From: Bugula neritina
Lineage: Eukaryota; Animalia; Bryozoa
Assembly (NCBI GenBank): GCA_964035545.1
Contig: CAXIUT010000043.1
Span: 1-19,724, forward strand
Length of the DNA: 19,724 nucleotides
Reading direction: 5' to 3'
Shown: piece after piece, positions 1 through 10,856 of the stretch
How the letters are laid out: every line of letters begins with the position of its first letter
Numbering within the stretch: position 1 is the first letter of the stretch
Notes under the pieces: model-generated
The model's input: only the letters and a program-made list of their open reading frames with translations
Database searches by the model: none
What the model was told of the DNA's origin: nothing
Program-made: the position numbers and the translations under genes

Positions 1-58
1 CCCAACCCCAACCCCAACCCCAACCCCAACCCCAACCCCAACCCCAACCCCAACCCCA
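1..58 (+). repeat. Left telomere, (CCCCAA)n
   Basis: About 9.5 perfect CCCCAA units at the window start, beginning CCCAA; Tetrahymena-type C4A2 repeat. Confidence 0.98.
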
Positions 59-326
59 TTATGTCATTCATATTCATTGTATCATTGATATTCTTTATAT
101 CACATTTAGTGTTTAAGATAGATTAGGATTGGTAATTATTGCAATTCATATCAGAATTATTGTTTTGTTTAATTGATAGATTAACTACACTTTAAAATAT
201 AGATTAGTCAATAAAAACATCTAACAAACTATTCTTTTGATCTTTTGCTGATATTTTAACGTCTTTTTGTTCAATAAGTATGATTAAGTAGAATGATATT
301 CGATGAAGACTTTTATGATTAATTGA

Positions 327-1118
327 TTAGATTTTATAAAAGAGCAATTTTTATAACAATCAAAAAAAGATTCCTAATTGATACCTTAAAATATCAAATC
401 AAAAAAACCCATTTACCCACAAATCTACTCAAAAAAATCTACAAATCCAAATAGCACTGTATGGGATGATACTCTCAACTTTTAATTTTAACTTTTGTTA
501 AGAAAGTGTCTATTGAACACAATTTATAGTCTTATAATCATCAAATAAAAAGTCCTATTCAATTGATCTTTTATCTATGGTCGATTTGTCTGTTTAGGGT
601 CTGATTATCTTTAATTATTATTTTTAAATCTGCATCTAAAATCACTTCTCTAGAACTCAAAAATCGATATCATCAACTCCTATCCCCATACTAAGCTATA
701 ATAGTCGAATAATAACCTTTTTGATCAGTTATAATTAGAGTTTTAGAATATTTTACCTTAGCATCTCATTTAAAAAGTTCCTCATTGTTCTTAAAATACC
801 TCTAAAAGTCGTCTTCTTTTAAAAAAACCTTCAACAACACCAACTATGCTTATGGAACTCTGTTTAAATCTCTTTTTGAAATTTTATAAAACTATCGATG
901 GAAAGAATGATTGATATTTCTTCAAGAAAATGTTTAAATATACTCAAAAAAGTTATCAAAAAGAAAGCAAAATATATGTAAATCTCCATTTAAAAGAATT
1001 AGAGGTTTATTATTAAAAAAAGACAAAGATCAAGAAGAAAAACATCTCCAATAAATAACGATTTTCAATCATAATTGAATAGTTGAAGATCATTATGAAG
1101 AAGAACAGTCTCAAATGA
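327..1118 (+). pseudogene. Possible degenerate subtelomeric coding relic
   Basis: One frame reads protein-like with TAR=Glu (LDFIKEQFLEQSKKDSEL...VWDDTLNFEFELLLRKC...) but is broken by TGA at 564 and 912, ends at TGA 1116, and has no clear start or recognisable domain. Confidence 0.2.
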
Positions 1119-1649
1119 TCTAAATATTAGTTAAAAAAAGGTGATTTTAATTTATTTTAATTGAAAGTAATCAACTAACATGAATAAATCGTTAGGTAGC
1201 TGATATTTATTAAGAAATATTATCACTTTAATTATTTTACTATCCATAAAGATCAAATTTATCATTATTTATCTTTAATTTATCAATATTTGAATTGAAT
1301 TTTAAAAATGTATTAAAATATCATCTTATTTATGTTTTTCTAAATTTCTCTTTGATCTCGACCTCTTGAACATTAATCTATTTAGGCTACCAAAATAATA
1401 CTTGCTTTTCTTTGTTATATGACTTTTTCTTTAATAACCTGCAAAAGATTATCAAGACAAAAATATAAAATTATTATAGAATTTTGTCAAAAAAATATCT
1501 AAAAGAGAAAAAAGGTTTTAATCATTATTTAAAAGGTCAAATAACTTATAGAGAGTGTTTATTATTGTTTTATTTAGCTATTTAAAGGTATCTATTGGGT
1601 ATCGCAATTCGTATAAATAAAAAATATATCCTATGATAATTATTAAATT

Positions 1650-2450
1650 ATGTTGAAAGCCATCCTATTACTTCTTGCCCTCGTGCTTCTCACCTCCCAG
1701 AGCAACCTAAGATACAGAAACTACCTTAATATTGATGAAGATGATGTCCTCACCCTAACTTCCTTCATGAGTCTAGAGCAAATCATCAGAAGATCATTTA
1801 CATTCAACCCTTAAAAATTGAAATAAAATATCATTGAACCTCTCTTCCTGCCTCATGAGGATAAATTTATCAGAGTTGCTGTAACTCCAGCCAGAAAAAG
1901 AGGTTTCTACAAAAGAGGTACTGGCAACCCAGGAAAACTTAAAATGAAGTGCAAAATGGGAAAGAAAATTCCATACTATCCTCAAGACTTTGAAGTTTAA
2001 TTCCCTGAAGAACTCGAAGATTTCTCAAATGCCTATATGGGAATCAGTTCTTAAGGCAATGTTATGGGAACTCATCGTGAAATAGTCGCAAGTATGGCAA
2101 GTTCTAACCTCCTTTAAGATTTATAACCTATATGTTGGTTGTCCATGCAAAGATTCCTTACTCATGCTTATGGATCAGAATTCAGAGGAATAAGAGGAAT
2201 GTCTTATGATACCTGCACTGATGATATCAGAACTATTAATCTGATTGCCAATGCACTTCCATGTGTAACCAATAAAGATTTAAGAGATAAACAAGTAGAA
2301 TAAAGAAATAAAAATGTTTGGGGAGATGAATACAAAACTCCAGAAAAATGGAAGGAATATTATTAGTAAAAAGCAGCTCGATAAAAACTAGAGAAAGAAA
2401 ATAAATAAAAAGAAGCAGCAAAATAAAAAGAAGCATAAAAAAAGCCTTGA
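1650..2450 (+). CDS. Secreted protein of unknown function (266 aa) with signal peptide and Lys/Glu-rich tail
   Basis: ATG 1650 to TGA 2448-2450, open under TAR=Glu with no intron needed. N-terminus MLKAILLLLALVLLTSQSNLRY is signal-peptide-like; C-terminus is EEKAAREKLEKENKEKEAAKEKEAEKKP. Confidence 0.88.
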
Positions 2451-2755
2451 AAATGATTTCACAGCTATTATTTTATCACTATCTCTTTAATAATATCTAA
2501 AAACCAAAATTTGATAAATTAATCATTTTATATATATATAAGTCGATCTTATTCATGATGAATTGGGCACTATGAAGACAAAAAGCCTTTTAAGAAGAAA
2601 GATGCAGAAATGTTTTATTTATTGCAAAAAATAGATCTCCAAATAAATCTGGTTGATAAATGATGATATGACTTCATTCTAGGAATACTGAGTGATAATG
2701 GTTAAGAATAGCTTTAATAATAAATGGAAATGAATGATATCTTCTATTTTATATC

Positions 2756-3987
2756 ATGATTGTGGCATAGATAATGATTGATTATAATTTGAATAATGAA
2801 AAGGGAGAAATAGAACGTAAGAGAGACTTTTGTAACACTGGGATAACTAAGCATGGATTCCATTCCTAACGATAGTAAACAACCCATTCATTATAAGGAA
2901 AACATAATTCTCGAGTAAGGTCGACCGAAGATCATGATCTTACCATACAGCTCCCCATCCATCACGCACTCAGGCATATCCTAACACAGTTCAAAACAAC
3001 TCTTAAAAAACAGTAAAGATAATATGAAATAGTTCGTATAAATGCATCGACATGTGCGAAAAACAAATTTTAGTAATCAGACTCACCCTAGGAGACAAAG
3101 CGAGAAAGCTTTTTCTTTGCCAATAGCCACCAAAATTCATCATCACAGTCAACACCCATGAATTTCTGAGTGTACGAGAAGCCAACATTAAAACTTTGAA
3201 ATCTCATTCCCCAGAAACATTCCAAAAAAGAGAAATCGACTTGCATGAATAAGTAAAAAAGATATATTAGATTTTAATTCAACTAGATCATCTCTTCAGA
3301 CCGCAATAATAACAACTCGGAGAACTAGATTGTGAGTACCAACAAGATTTCTATTCACTAGATGCCACTTCCTATTACATGTTCAGCAGAATGCTAGTAG
3401 ATAGTAACTACACTCTAGGTAAAAAGATGAAAACAGTTTGCTAAAAATTCTAATAACAAAAACATATCGAACATGCTAAAACAGATTAACTTAAATGGTT
3501 AAGTACTGCTTTATCATAGATGAGTAGAGATTTACTTCAAGGCTTTAACTGCTCAAGAAAGGAGTTGCTAGAAATATTGGCATATTGCAGGAAAAGTGTT
3601 TAGGAGTATTTTCATACAAGACATAACCAGTATATAGCCAATTAAGGATACAAAAAGAGAAAATAATCATAGACTTTTCTGACTTAGATCGGATAGCTTC
3701 AAAAATTGATTCCTGCAACTGTAAAAGAACTCAATAGACTTGAAGATTCAACAACTACTATGGACATCTACCGATCTATGTTTATGATAGGACTTATCTT
3801 TAAAACAGAGATCTAGGTAAAGACTTTGAGTTAGGAATCTCTTGGGAGATGTTTTTACTTGATAAAATATTGTTTTTCAGGAGTTATTCACGATAAAACA
3901 AGGATTTTGAAGTGTTCAGGATATCAAGAAGAAGATTTTTAATAATTCATCAGTAAATTCAATTTTGATCACGAAGTAACTTTCTGA
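2756..3987 (+). CDS. Hypothetical helical protein, weak resemblance to VPS9-domain proteins; start uncertain; intron 3013-3032
   Basis: Frame open 3034-3987 (TGA). Removing the 20-nt intron GTAAAGATAATATGAAATAG joins it to an upstream frame open back to ATG 2756/2774. The VPS9 resemblance (CRKSVEEYFH...IPATVKELNRLEDSTTTMDIY) is by eye only. Confidence 0.65.
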
Positions 3988-4119
3988 TATACATATATCT
4001 ATATCTACCTTTTTTATCAATACTAAACCTACCTTAATATCAATACTATCATCTTCAATCATCCATAAATATATCATTCACAAACTAATAAAATTATATC
4101 AACATAGCATCTTTCTTGA

Positions 4120-4185
4120 TTGGGGTTGGGGTTGGGGTTGGGGGTTGGGGTTGGGGTTGGGGTTGGGGTTGGGGTTGGGGTTGGG
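4120..4185 (+). repeat. Internal telomeric tract 1, about 11 TTGGGG units
   Basis: TTGGGG repeats with one G5 variant (4138-4144), ending TTGGG; followed directly by unique sequence with no CCCCAA tract. Confidence 0.97.
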
Positions 4186-4255
4186 TCCTAACTTAATCAA
4201 TTTTTCTTAAACTCATAATATATTTATCCTTTTGCCAGAAGGGAGTTCACACTTG

Positions 4256-7200
4256 ATGTCGATCCCCAACACCTATAACCCATCCGACTACGAATACCTT
4301 TTGCGTTCACTCACAGAAGGTAGCAACATAGCCAAAGCATAAGCTCTCAAAAGATTTCAAATTTTAGCCAGTTCAGATAAAAAACAATTTTCAATATACG
4401 CCAAAAGAATTGTATTAGCGTTACAATAACTCGTCAACCTTGATAAAGTACATCTACCTAACTCAGGAATAAATAAATTTACTTACCACCATGCTCACAT
4501 TATAGATAATAAACCTGAACCCAAAAGATATCGAGTACTACATTAAAACTAAACTCATCAAAAAGATAATAAATAATCTAGGAGATTCTAAATCACAACT
4601 AAGAAAAACTTCCCACTACTGCATACTTGCCTACCTTAAAACCTACTCAAATATATAATAAGTCATCACACAATATTGTGAACAAGGAATCAATAGTCCA
4701 GAACCACAACTCAGACAAAAATCTATCAACTCCTTCCAATCCATCATCATCACAGATCCTAACACCCTCAATTGGCATTCACAGTAACTTAAAAAATTAT
4801 TCTAACTACTCCTACAAAAACTCAAAGATCCCAGTCCTTTTGTGCAAAAAGCAGGATAACAATGCCTACTCACTATGTCAAGAATGCAGTAATGCCACAT
4901 TTTCTCGAAAAAACTATCTCCAGCCTACGCAGGTCTCTATCGCATCTTCTGCGATACCCAAAGAGAACTAGGAAACCTATAGTCATTTCACCTTTAATAA
5001 CAAAATCATCAACCAGGAATGATAGTATCATAACCAAGTAAATCATAAAAACCAATCGTAAATAATGCAGTTCATCTATAGAAGATAAATATAATGAGTA
5101 GACAATAAACTATCAATAAACAAGCATTAATTCAAAGAATAGAATAAATAAGAAGAAATTCACTTATATCACAATAACTAGCAGTAAATAAATAAATTTT
5201 ATCACAATAATAAAATAAACAAAAATAAAACAATCGACTACTTCCAGATAAACCTCAAAAACAAACAATCAAAATAGCTAGTTCTCCATAACAGTAATCA
5301 AAATAAAAATAATAATAAAAGTAATAAAAAAAAGCATATTTACAGCCTAATGTTATTCATCCTTTAATATTCGCAACAAAATCATAAAGAATATAAAATG
5401 TTCTAGGAAAACAACTTTTTGATGATCTTAAAAATGATAAAGAATGGAAAGTCAGACTATCAGCCATCGAATAACTATTCACCAAGTTTTAAATATACAA
5501 ATAAGCTATCGATACTAATGTTCTTATGCAAAACGTTCTAGCACCTATGATCAAACTTCTATCAGATCCTTACAACAAAATAGCTACAACTACTCTCAAA
5601 GTGTTTGAATAATTTATACAAATCCCCTCTCTCAACCTACAACTAGTCATCCCACCACTAGTATAAAAACTAGGATAAGGAAAACTCACTCTTAGACAAG
5701 GAATAAATCGTCTAATAAAATCATAATACCTCAAAAACCACAATCCTATCTGGATAGACTCCATTTTATAACTCTTAAAAAAACCTGTTTCTCAACTGCT
5801 AAAATAGTAACTATTAGACATCTTGATAAAATTCTACGAAGAAGATATGATAAAATAATATCCATTTTAAAAGATAGCAGAAACAGCCAGTCCACTCATG
5901 TAAGACCCTAAAACAAAAATAAAAATAAAAGCACTCGATTTACTAGTCAAAATATCCACCACCACCTAAAAACTAGATACAATGAAAACACTCCTCTCCT
6001 CAAAACTCAATCAAGTCTACTTCGAAATGTTCTTAGAAAAAGTAAATATAGAAATGAAAAAAAAAACAAATTTATAAATGAAAAAAAGAACAACACCAAG
6101 ACAAGCTTAGTCTTAGCCTCCACTTAAAGGATAAAATCGATCTATTTCTTTTCCATCTCTCCGTAAACATAAGAGTAACTTATATTTGATAAAGATTCAG
6201 CCAATAACAGCACCTCCAGTTCAATTAAAAAATATGCCAAATCAGTCGACCTCAAACCAACCGCTAAAAGTTCACAAAATATTTGTATATTATATATTAT
6301 TAAGCTCAAAAAGATGAAATATGCTTGGAAACTCCAACTAAAATAAGTCAATTTTAATCATTCTAATAAAGAGAACAAGGATACTTTACACCTCTTTAAC
6401 CCATCAGAAAAAAACCAGGAAAAAGTATCAATAAAAGAATACATAAACCAGTATAAGTAAAACTCAACATCGTCAACACGGTTTAAACAGATGGATTACG
6501 TCCCTTCAGTGATCCTTAAAAATAACTTAAATCACTACCTCAAGATATAAAATCTGAAGACTGGCAAATATCATTTGATGCTTTAACTAAATTAAGAAGA
6601 ATTCTTAAATTTCATCCATAGCTATTTGTTCCAGTCATAGGACGTCCTTTAACTCTTTAAACAGCTAAGCTAGTATAAAATTTACGATCATCTTTGAGCA
6701 AAAATGCGGTAATAACATTAGGGGAATGCGCACAAGTATTAGGTAGAAATCTTGATCCTTAGCTAGATGGTATATTTTCAAGATTAATGAGAAAGACGTT
6801 AGACACAAATTCATTTATATCTTAATAAGTAAAAAAGACATTAATATTGGTAAGTACCAATTGTCATTAGTCAAAGGTATTGTCAATATTAACCAATTAT
6901 CATACTTCTAAAGCAATTCCTGTCAAATTAAATATAACTTATATTCTTGAAGCTATGATTAATAAATAAAAAATAGTTGAGAAATAAATATAAAAAATAG
7001 GAAATATATTAATTAATTTTATGGGAGAAGGGGCTCTCTAAATCAGAGATAAATCTAAAAATTTATTACTTAAATTATTGTAATTAGATAAAACAGGAAA
7101 AATTAATAAAATGATACCATCATAAATCATGAATAAATTAAAAAAAAGATAATGGACCTAAATACTACATTCGAAAATATTAAAATAACATTCGATAGCA

Positions 7201-7962
7201 CCTTCTATCACTCCTTCAGTTACTCCTTCAGTTACCCATTCAATTACTCCTTCCATCAACTCTTAGAATAAAGATTAAACTCTATCAGTCAGAAAGAAAA
7301 AGATCACCACTTTTCCTAAATAATTTTAAGAACTAGAAGAACTACTGAGTAACTGTGCAACTACATAATGGAAAATAAGACAAAATGCTTTATCCAAAAT
7401 AGCTAATATAGTCAAATTACATCCCATTTAAGTCAGTCAATATCGACTCAATACAAGAATAGTTTAAGCATTTGCCAAACAATCAAATGACCCTAACTCG
7501 AAAGTAGCCACTAACGCTCTAACTCTTTTCATGCAAATCATTCCTCTAGTACCAAGAATGGTCTAATCTAACCTAAGCATAATCTCTAACTAGCTATTCA
7601 GCAGTTTTGCTTCTCAAAAGACCTAAGTCAAAGAGCTAGCTCTTATTCTTTTTGACCAAATCGCGTCAAAAGTATAAAATTGGATGCTTGTTCAACATCT
7701 TTGTACAGGAGTTCTTTACGGACCTGCCAAAGGGAAAAGTAATATTTTGATTAAAATGATTTCGATCCTTCCTCAAGCATATAAATAAAAAAAGAATTCT
7801 ATTTAGAAGCATCTATACCCTCTGATAAACAAATTAGCATAAGATCAAAAAGGTGATTTGCTAGTTCCTCTGAGATAACTAGTAATTTTAAGTATGAATT
7901 TAGGTGGAGAAGAAGCCTACTCAGCTTTAAAACAAGCAGCCAAAAGTATGGCTTCTTAATGA
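4256..7962 (+). CDS. TOGARAM1: TOG array regulator of axonemal microtubules (crescerin/FAM179/CHE-12 family), about 1215 aa; introns 4448-4466, 6175-6194, 6285-6304
   Basis: ATG 4256 to TGA 7960-7962; 3648 nt after splicing (divisible by 3). Four TOG/HEAT arrays: LGDSKSQLRK; EWKVRLSAIEEL; LRPFSDPE..SEDWQISFDAL..FHPEL..VENLRSSLSKNA..LDPELD..DTNSFISEEV; EWKIRQNAL..DPNSKVATNAL. The third closely follows the TOG3 pattern of crescerin. Confidence 0.9.
7201..7257 (+). repeat. 12-bp coding tandem repeat (TPSV/TPSI) in a TOG linker
   Basis: ACTCCTTCAGTT-like unit repeated about 4-5 times, encoding PSITPSVTPSVTHSITPSI. Confidence 0.8.
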
Positions 7963-8038
7963 TTTTTCTTAATATTGTATTTTAACTTAAAAAATAATAA
8001 AATTAGCGCTTATTTGATACTTATAAACTTTTAATAAA

Positions 8039-9648
8039 ATGTAGAACAATGACCCTTTATTCTCCTAGCCTAAAAGAAAGAATGACAATTTTAGGAAATA
8101 AATAAGAAAGCAACAATTGAAGGAATTATTCTAGTCTCAAAGATAACTATTTCTGCAAAATCAACATCGTCCATAAAGTCAATAAATAGTCAGTCGTCTT
8201 AAATAAAGCATATAAAATCAAAAACAATTTATACAAGAATGCAGTCTGTCTCTAACAGGCGATCCTAAACCAGAATGGCTACAAGTAATAACTAATCTTC
8301 ACTCATCTTGTACAGCTTTCAATGGGTAATTCAATCTCTGGTTCACACACAATATTATATCAAATTTATCAAGATGTTTGAAGTAGTCTGAAGGGTCTCC
8401 TCCTCAACTAGTACCTCCTATCTGCATTCTTTTCTCAGATTTAGTGTATCTTTCCTGGCAATGTCAGAACAATTTCGTCGAAAGGTTGATGTAGCTCTAA
8501 ATATGTTCCAACTTGGTGATCCAAGGCAGCAGCAAAAAATATTCAGTAAAATAAAAAATAGATATTATCAGACTATGTAGCAATATCTGTCAATATTCTG
8601 ATAAATATCGCAATCAAATGGTATCAGCTGGAGTTGGAGTCTGGATGATCTTGCTCGGCAAATAAATTCTAGAAGAACACTTTGATAACATCCATGTCAC
8701 TCAATATTATCTTGTTTCCTGCACTGGCATTATTAAAGTAATAGAAACTAAAAAAAGAAACCTCCATAACACCAACATCGTACCTCTTTCTTCATTTAGG
8801 TCGTACAACTGATACCATTAGTTGCACCCTACATTATTTCCCCATATACTTCTGTCCAAGTCCTCATAGAAGCACTCGATTGCATCATACAAGTCCTAGA
8901 CTACCATCAATACTCAATCTACTAGAACATTTTCAACTACAAAACTCTAGTAAAACAATTAATCGCTCTATTAACCTATGACAACCATCTGGTCAGATAT
9001 AAAAGCAATTTCGCAATGAGTACTCTCACGTATGTTGAAAATCCAAAAATGATCAGAAATATTTTAGACTCAGGACTTTTCGATCAAATCTGTAACGCCT
9101 ATACCTTCAGAACCAGTCACTAGAACAACGCATACACAAGAATTATGCTCACAACTCTCAATAATATTGCAACTACAACATCTAACCTCAGTATGATGGT
9201 TTTCTAACACAAAGTTTTTAAATTAATCCTAGAACAAACTGACAACCAATAAATGGTATTTTCTTATCTAATTTAGAAAAATAAAACTTAGGCCTTCTAC
9301 TGTCTCAGTACCATTGTCAGTCACATCAATTTCAATTCATTATGTATCCTCATCAAATAACATAACATCTTGCGCAGCTTAGTCCTTGGTTTCAACTAAA
9401 TAAAACATTCTGACGCCAATTGCACTAGATAAATATTGAGCACTATTTCTGTTCTAATTCAATCTTCATAAAAGCTATATCAACCAACCTATGAATCCAT
9501 CGTAGATCAACTATAAAAAACATACAACTTCACTCAAACTCTTTAAGATCTACTAATGACAAGCAAACATTCATTCCTTAACTAGGTCATCAATATAGTA
9601 CATCAACAACTCACCAGCAGAGTCTTCAATGAAGATTAATTTGTATGA
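8039..9648 (+). CDS. Divergent importin-alpha-like ARM-repeat protein; intron 8780-8799 and probable in-frame intron 9256-9276
   Basis: ATG 8039 to TGA 9646-9648. IBB-like N-terminus (RKNDNFRKEIRKQQLKELFESQR) and ARM-like repeats (LCSNICQYSDKYRNQMVSAGV; LVKQLIALLTYDNHLVR; KIKTEAFYCLSTI); about 525 aa. Confidence 0.75.
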
Positions 9649-9707
9649 TCTTATCTTTTGTTTTAATACATCTATAAAAATATAAAAATAACTCAACAGT
9701 ATAAAGA

Positions 9708-10796
9708 TCAAATAGTCAATGAAGAGAACAGTGATAGAGTCAATATCATTCTCTACTACAATCTTAACTGCTTGACTCCTGTTTCAGCCAACTTAATCGC
9801 ATAATTAAACCGAGATAAAGTCTACTCTAGACTCCACTTAGGTTTAGGATCTCGACCGATCTGAGGTCCCAAGTCATCAGTCCCACTAAAATATATCAAC
9901 ACTCGCTTCTATCCCAACTCCAACTGCTTAACATCATCCGCTTCAGGCAATTTATACTTTTCACTAGAATGATTGCACAGCATAACGACATCATAGCCTT
10001 TCACCATTTCTTTGAGATTGTTTGCTATCCTGACATCATATCCCCAATATAGACTTTTTTCAACTCTAGGAGTGTTTTTGGAGACAGCCTAAGCCTAGAA
10101 AACACTTAGTAATTAATTTTAGAAATCTTTTATCCTTAAAGTAACTCTAGTTAAGGGAAGAACCAAATGATCCATTCTTGCTTGTTGTTTGAGGCCAATA
10201 TCAACCCAGCTTCCAGCTCCATTTTTGGTTGGTCTTTCCAAAGCAACTCCATCTCTAAACTAGCATTTCTCATCAGATTTTAAATGATGTCTTGATTCTA
10301 CAGGATTCATTAGTCCAACATTGTTCAAATCTGGATGCATTTTAAACAAATATTTTCTCAAATACTGAGGAGTCTCAAGATATTGAAGGTTTCTAGCTAT
10401 GTATTAAGAAGGTATGAATTTTTAACTTTTCTGAGTATATCCCTGGTCTTTTAATACTACTATCTAATCCACTCTAAATATTGAAGTAATTCTTGCAATT
10501 TCACTTATAAAATAAGCCCGAAGCGCACTCGTCTGAGGAATCTATAAAATAGAATCAGGAAAACAAATAGCTAAATGCGATATCTTCCTTGATCCCTAGT
10601 TATTGACTTAACTAACTTATTATTTTTAACCAGCCTCAAGCAGCTATTCTTACAATATTTTAGGTTTATGTTTATGTTTTTGGTTCAAACATATGGGTTT
10701 TTAAGGTTTATATATTTTCTTTTATTTATGAAGATTTATCTACTAATCTCCTTCATCTTCTTGAATAATAGTAATTTTCCCTTTTTTAGTCAACAT
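9708..10796 (-). CDS. SPOUT1: SPOUT-domain RNA methyltransferase (SPOUT1/C9orf114/CENP-32 family), 362 aa, intronless
   Basis: Motifs AICFPDSIL, EIARITSIFRVDEIVV, ARNLQYLETPQYLRKYLF..HPDL..VGLMNP...HHL, FRDGV, WVDIGL, TRVTL, LYWGYDVR, QLRLEE. ATG 10796-10794 to TGA 9710-9708. Confidence 0.93.
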
Positions 10797-10856
10797 TGAT
10801 ATTATAACTATCAATTAATATATTAATCAATTCAATATTTACAAATTCAAATTAAC

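Noticed and set aside
2875-2897. 23-nt intron allowing a start at ATG 2853
   Set aside because: It lacks the invariant A at -6 and is not required, since the frame is already open to ATG 2756.
4090-4119. ATATCAA/TTGA motif near telomere addition sites as a chromosome breakage signal
   Set aside because: Its distance to the repeats varies (17, 22 and 26 nt; no exact copy next to tract 2), and WTCAA is common in all intergenic DNA here.
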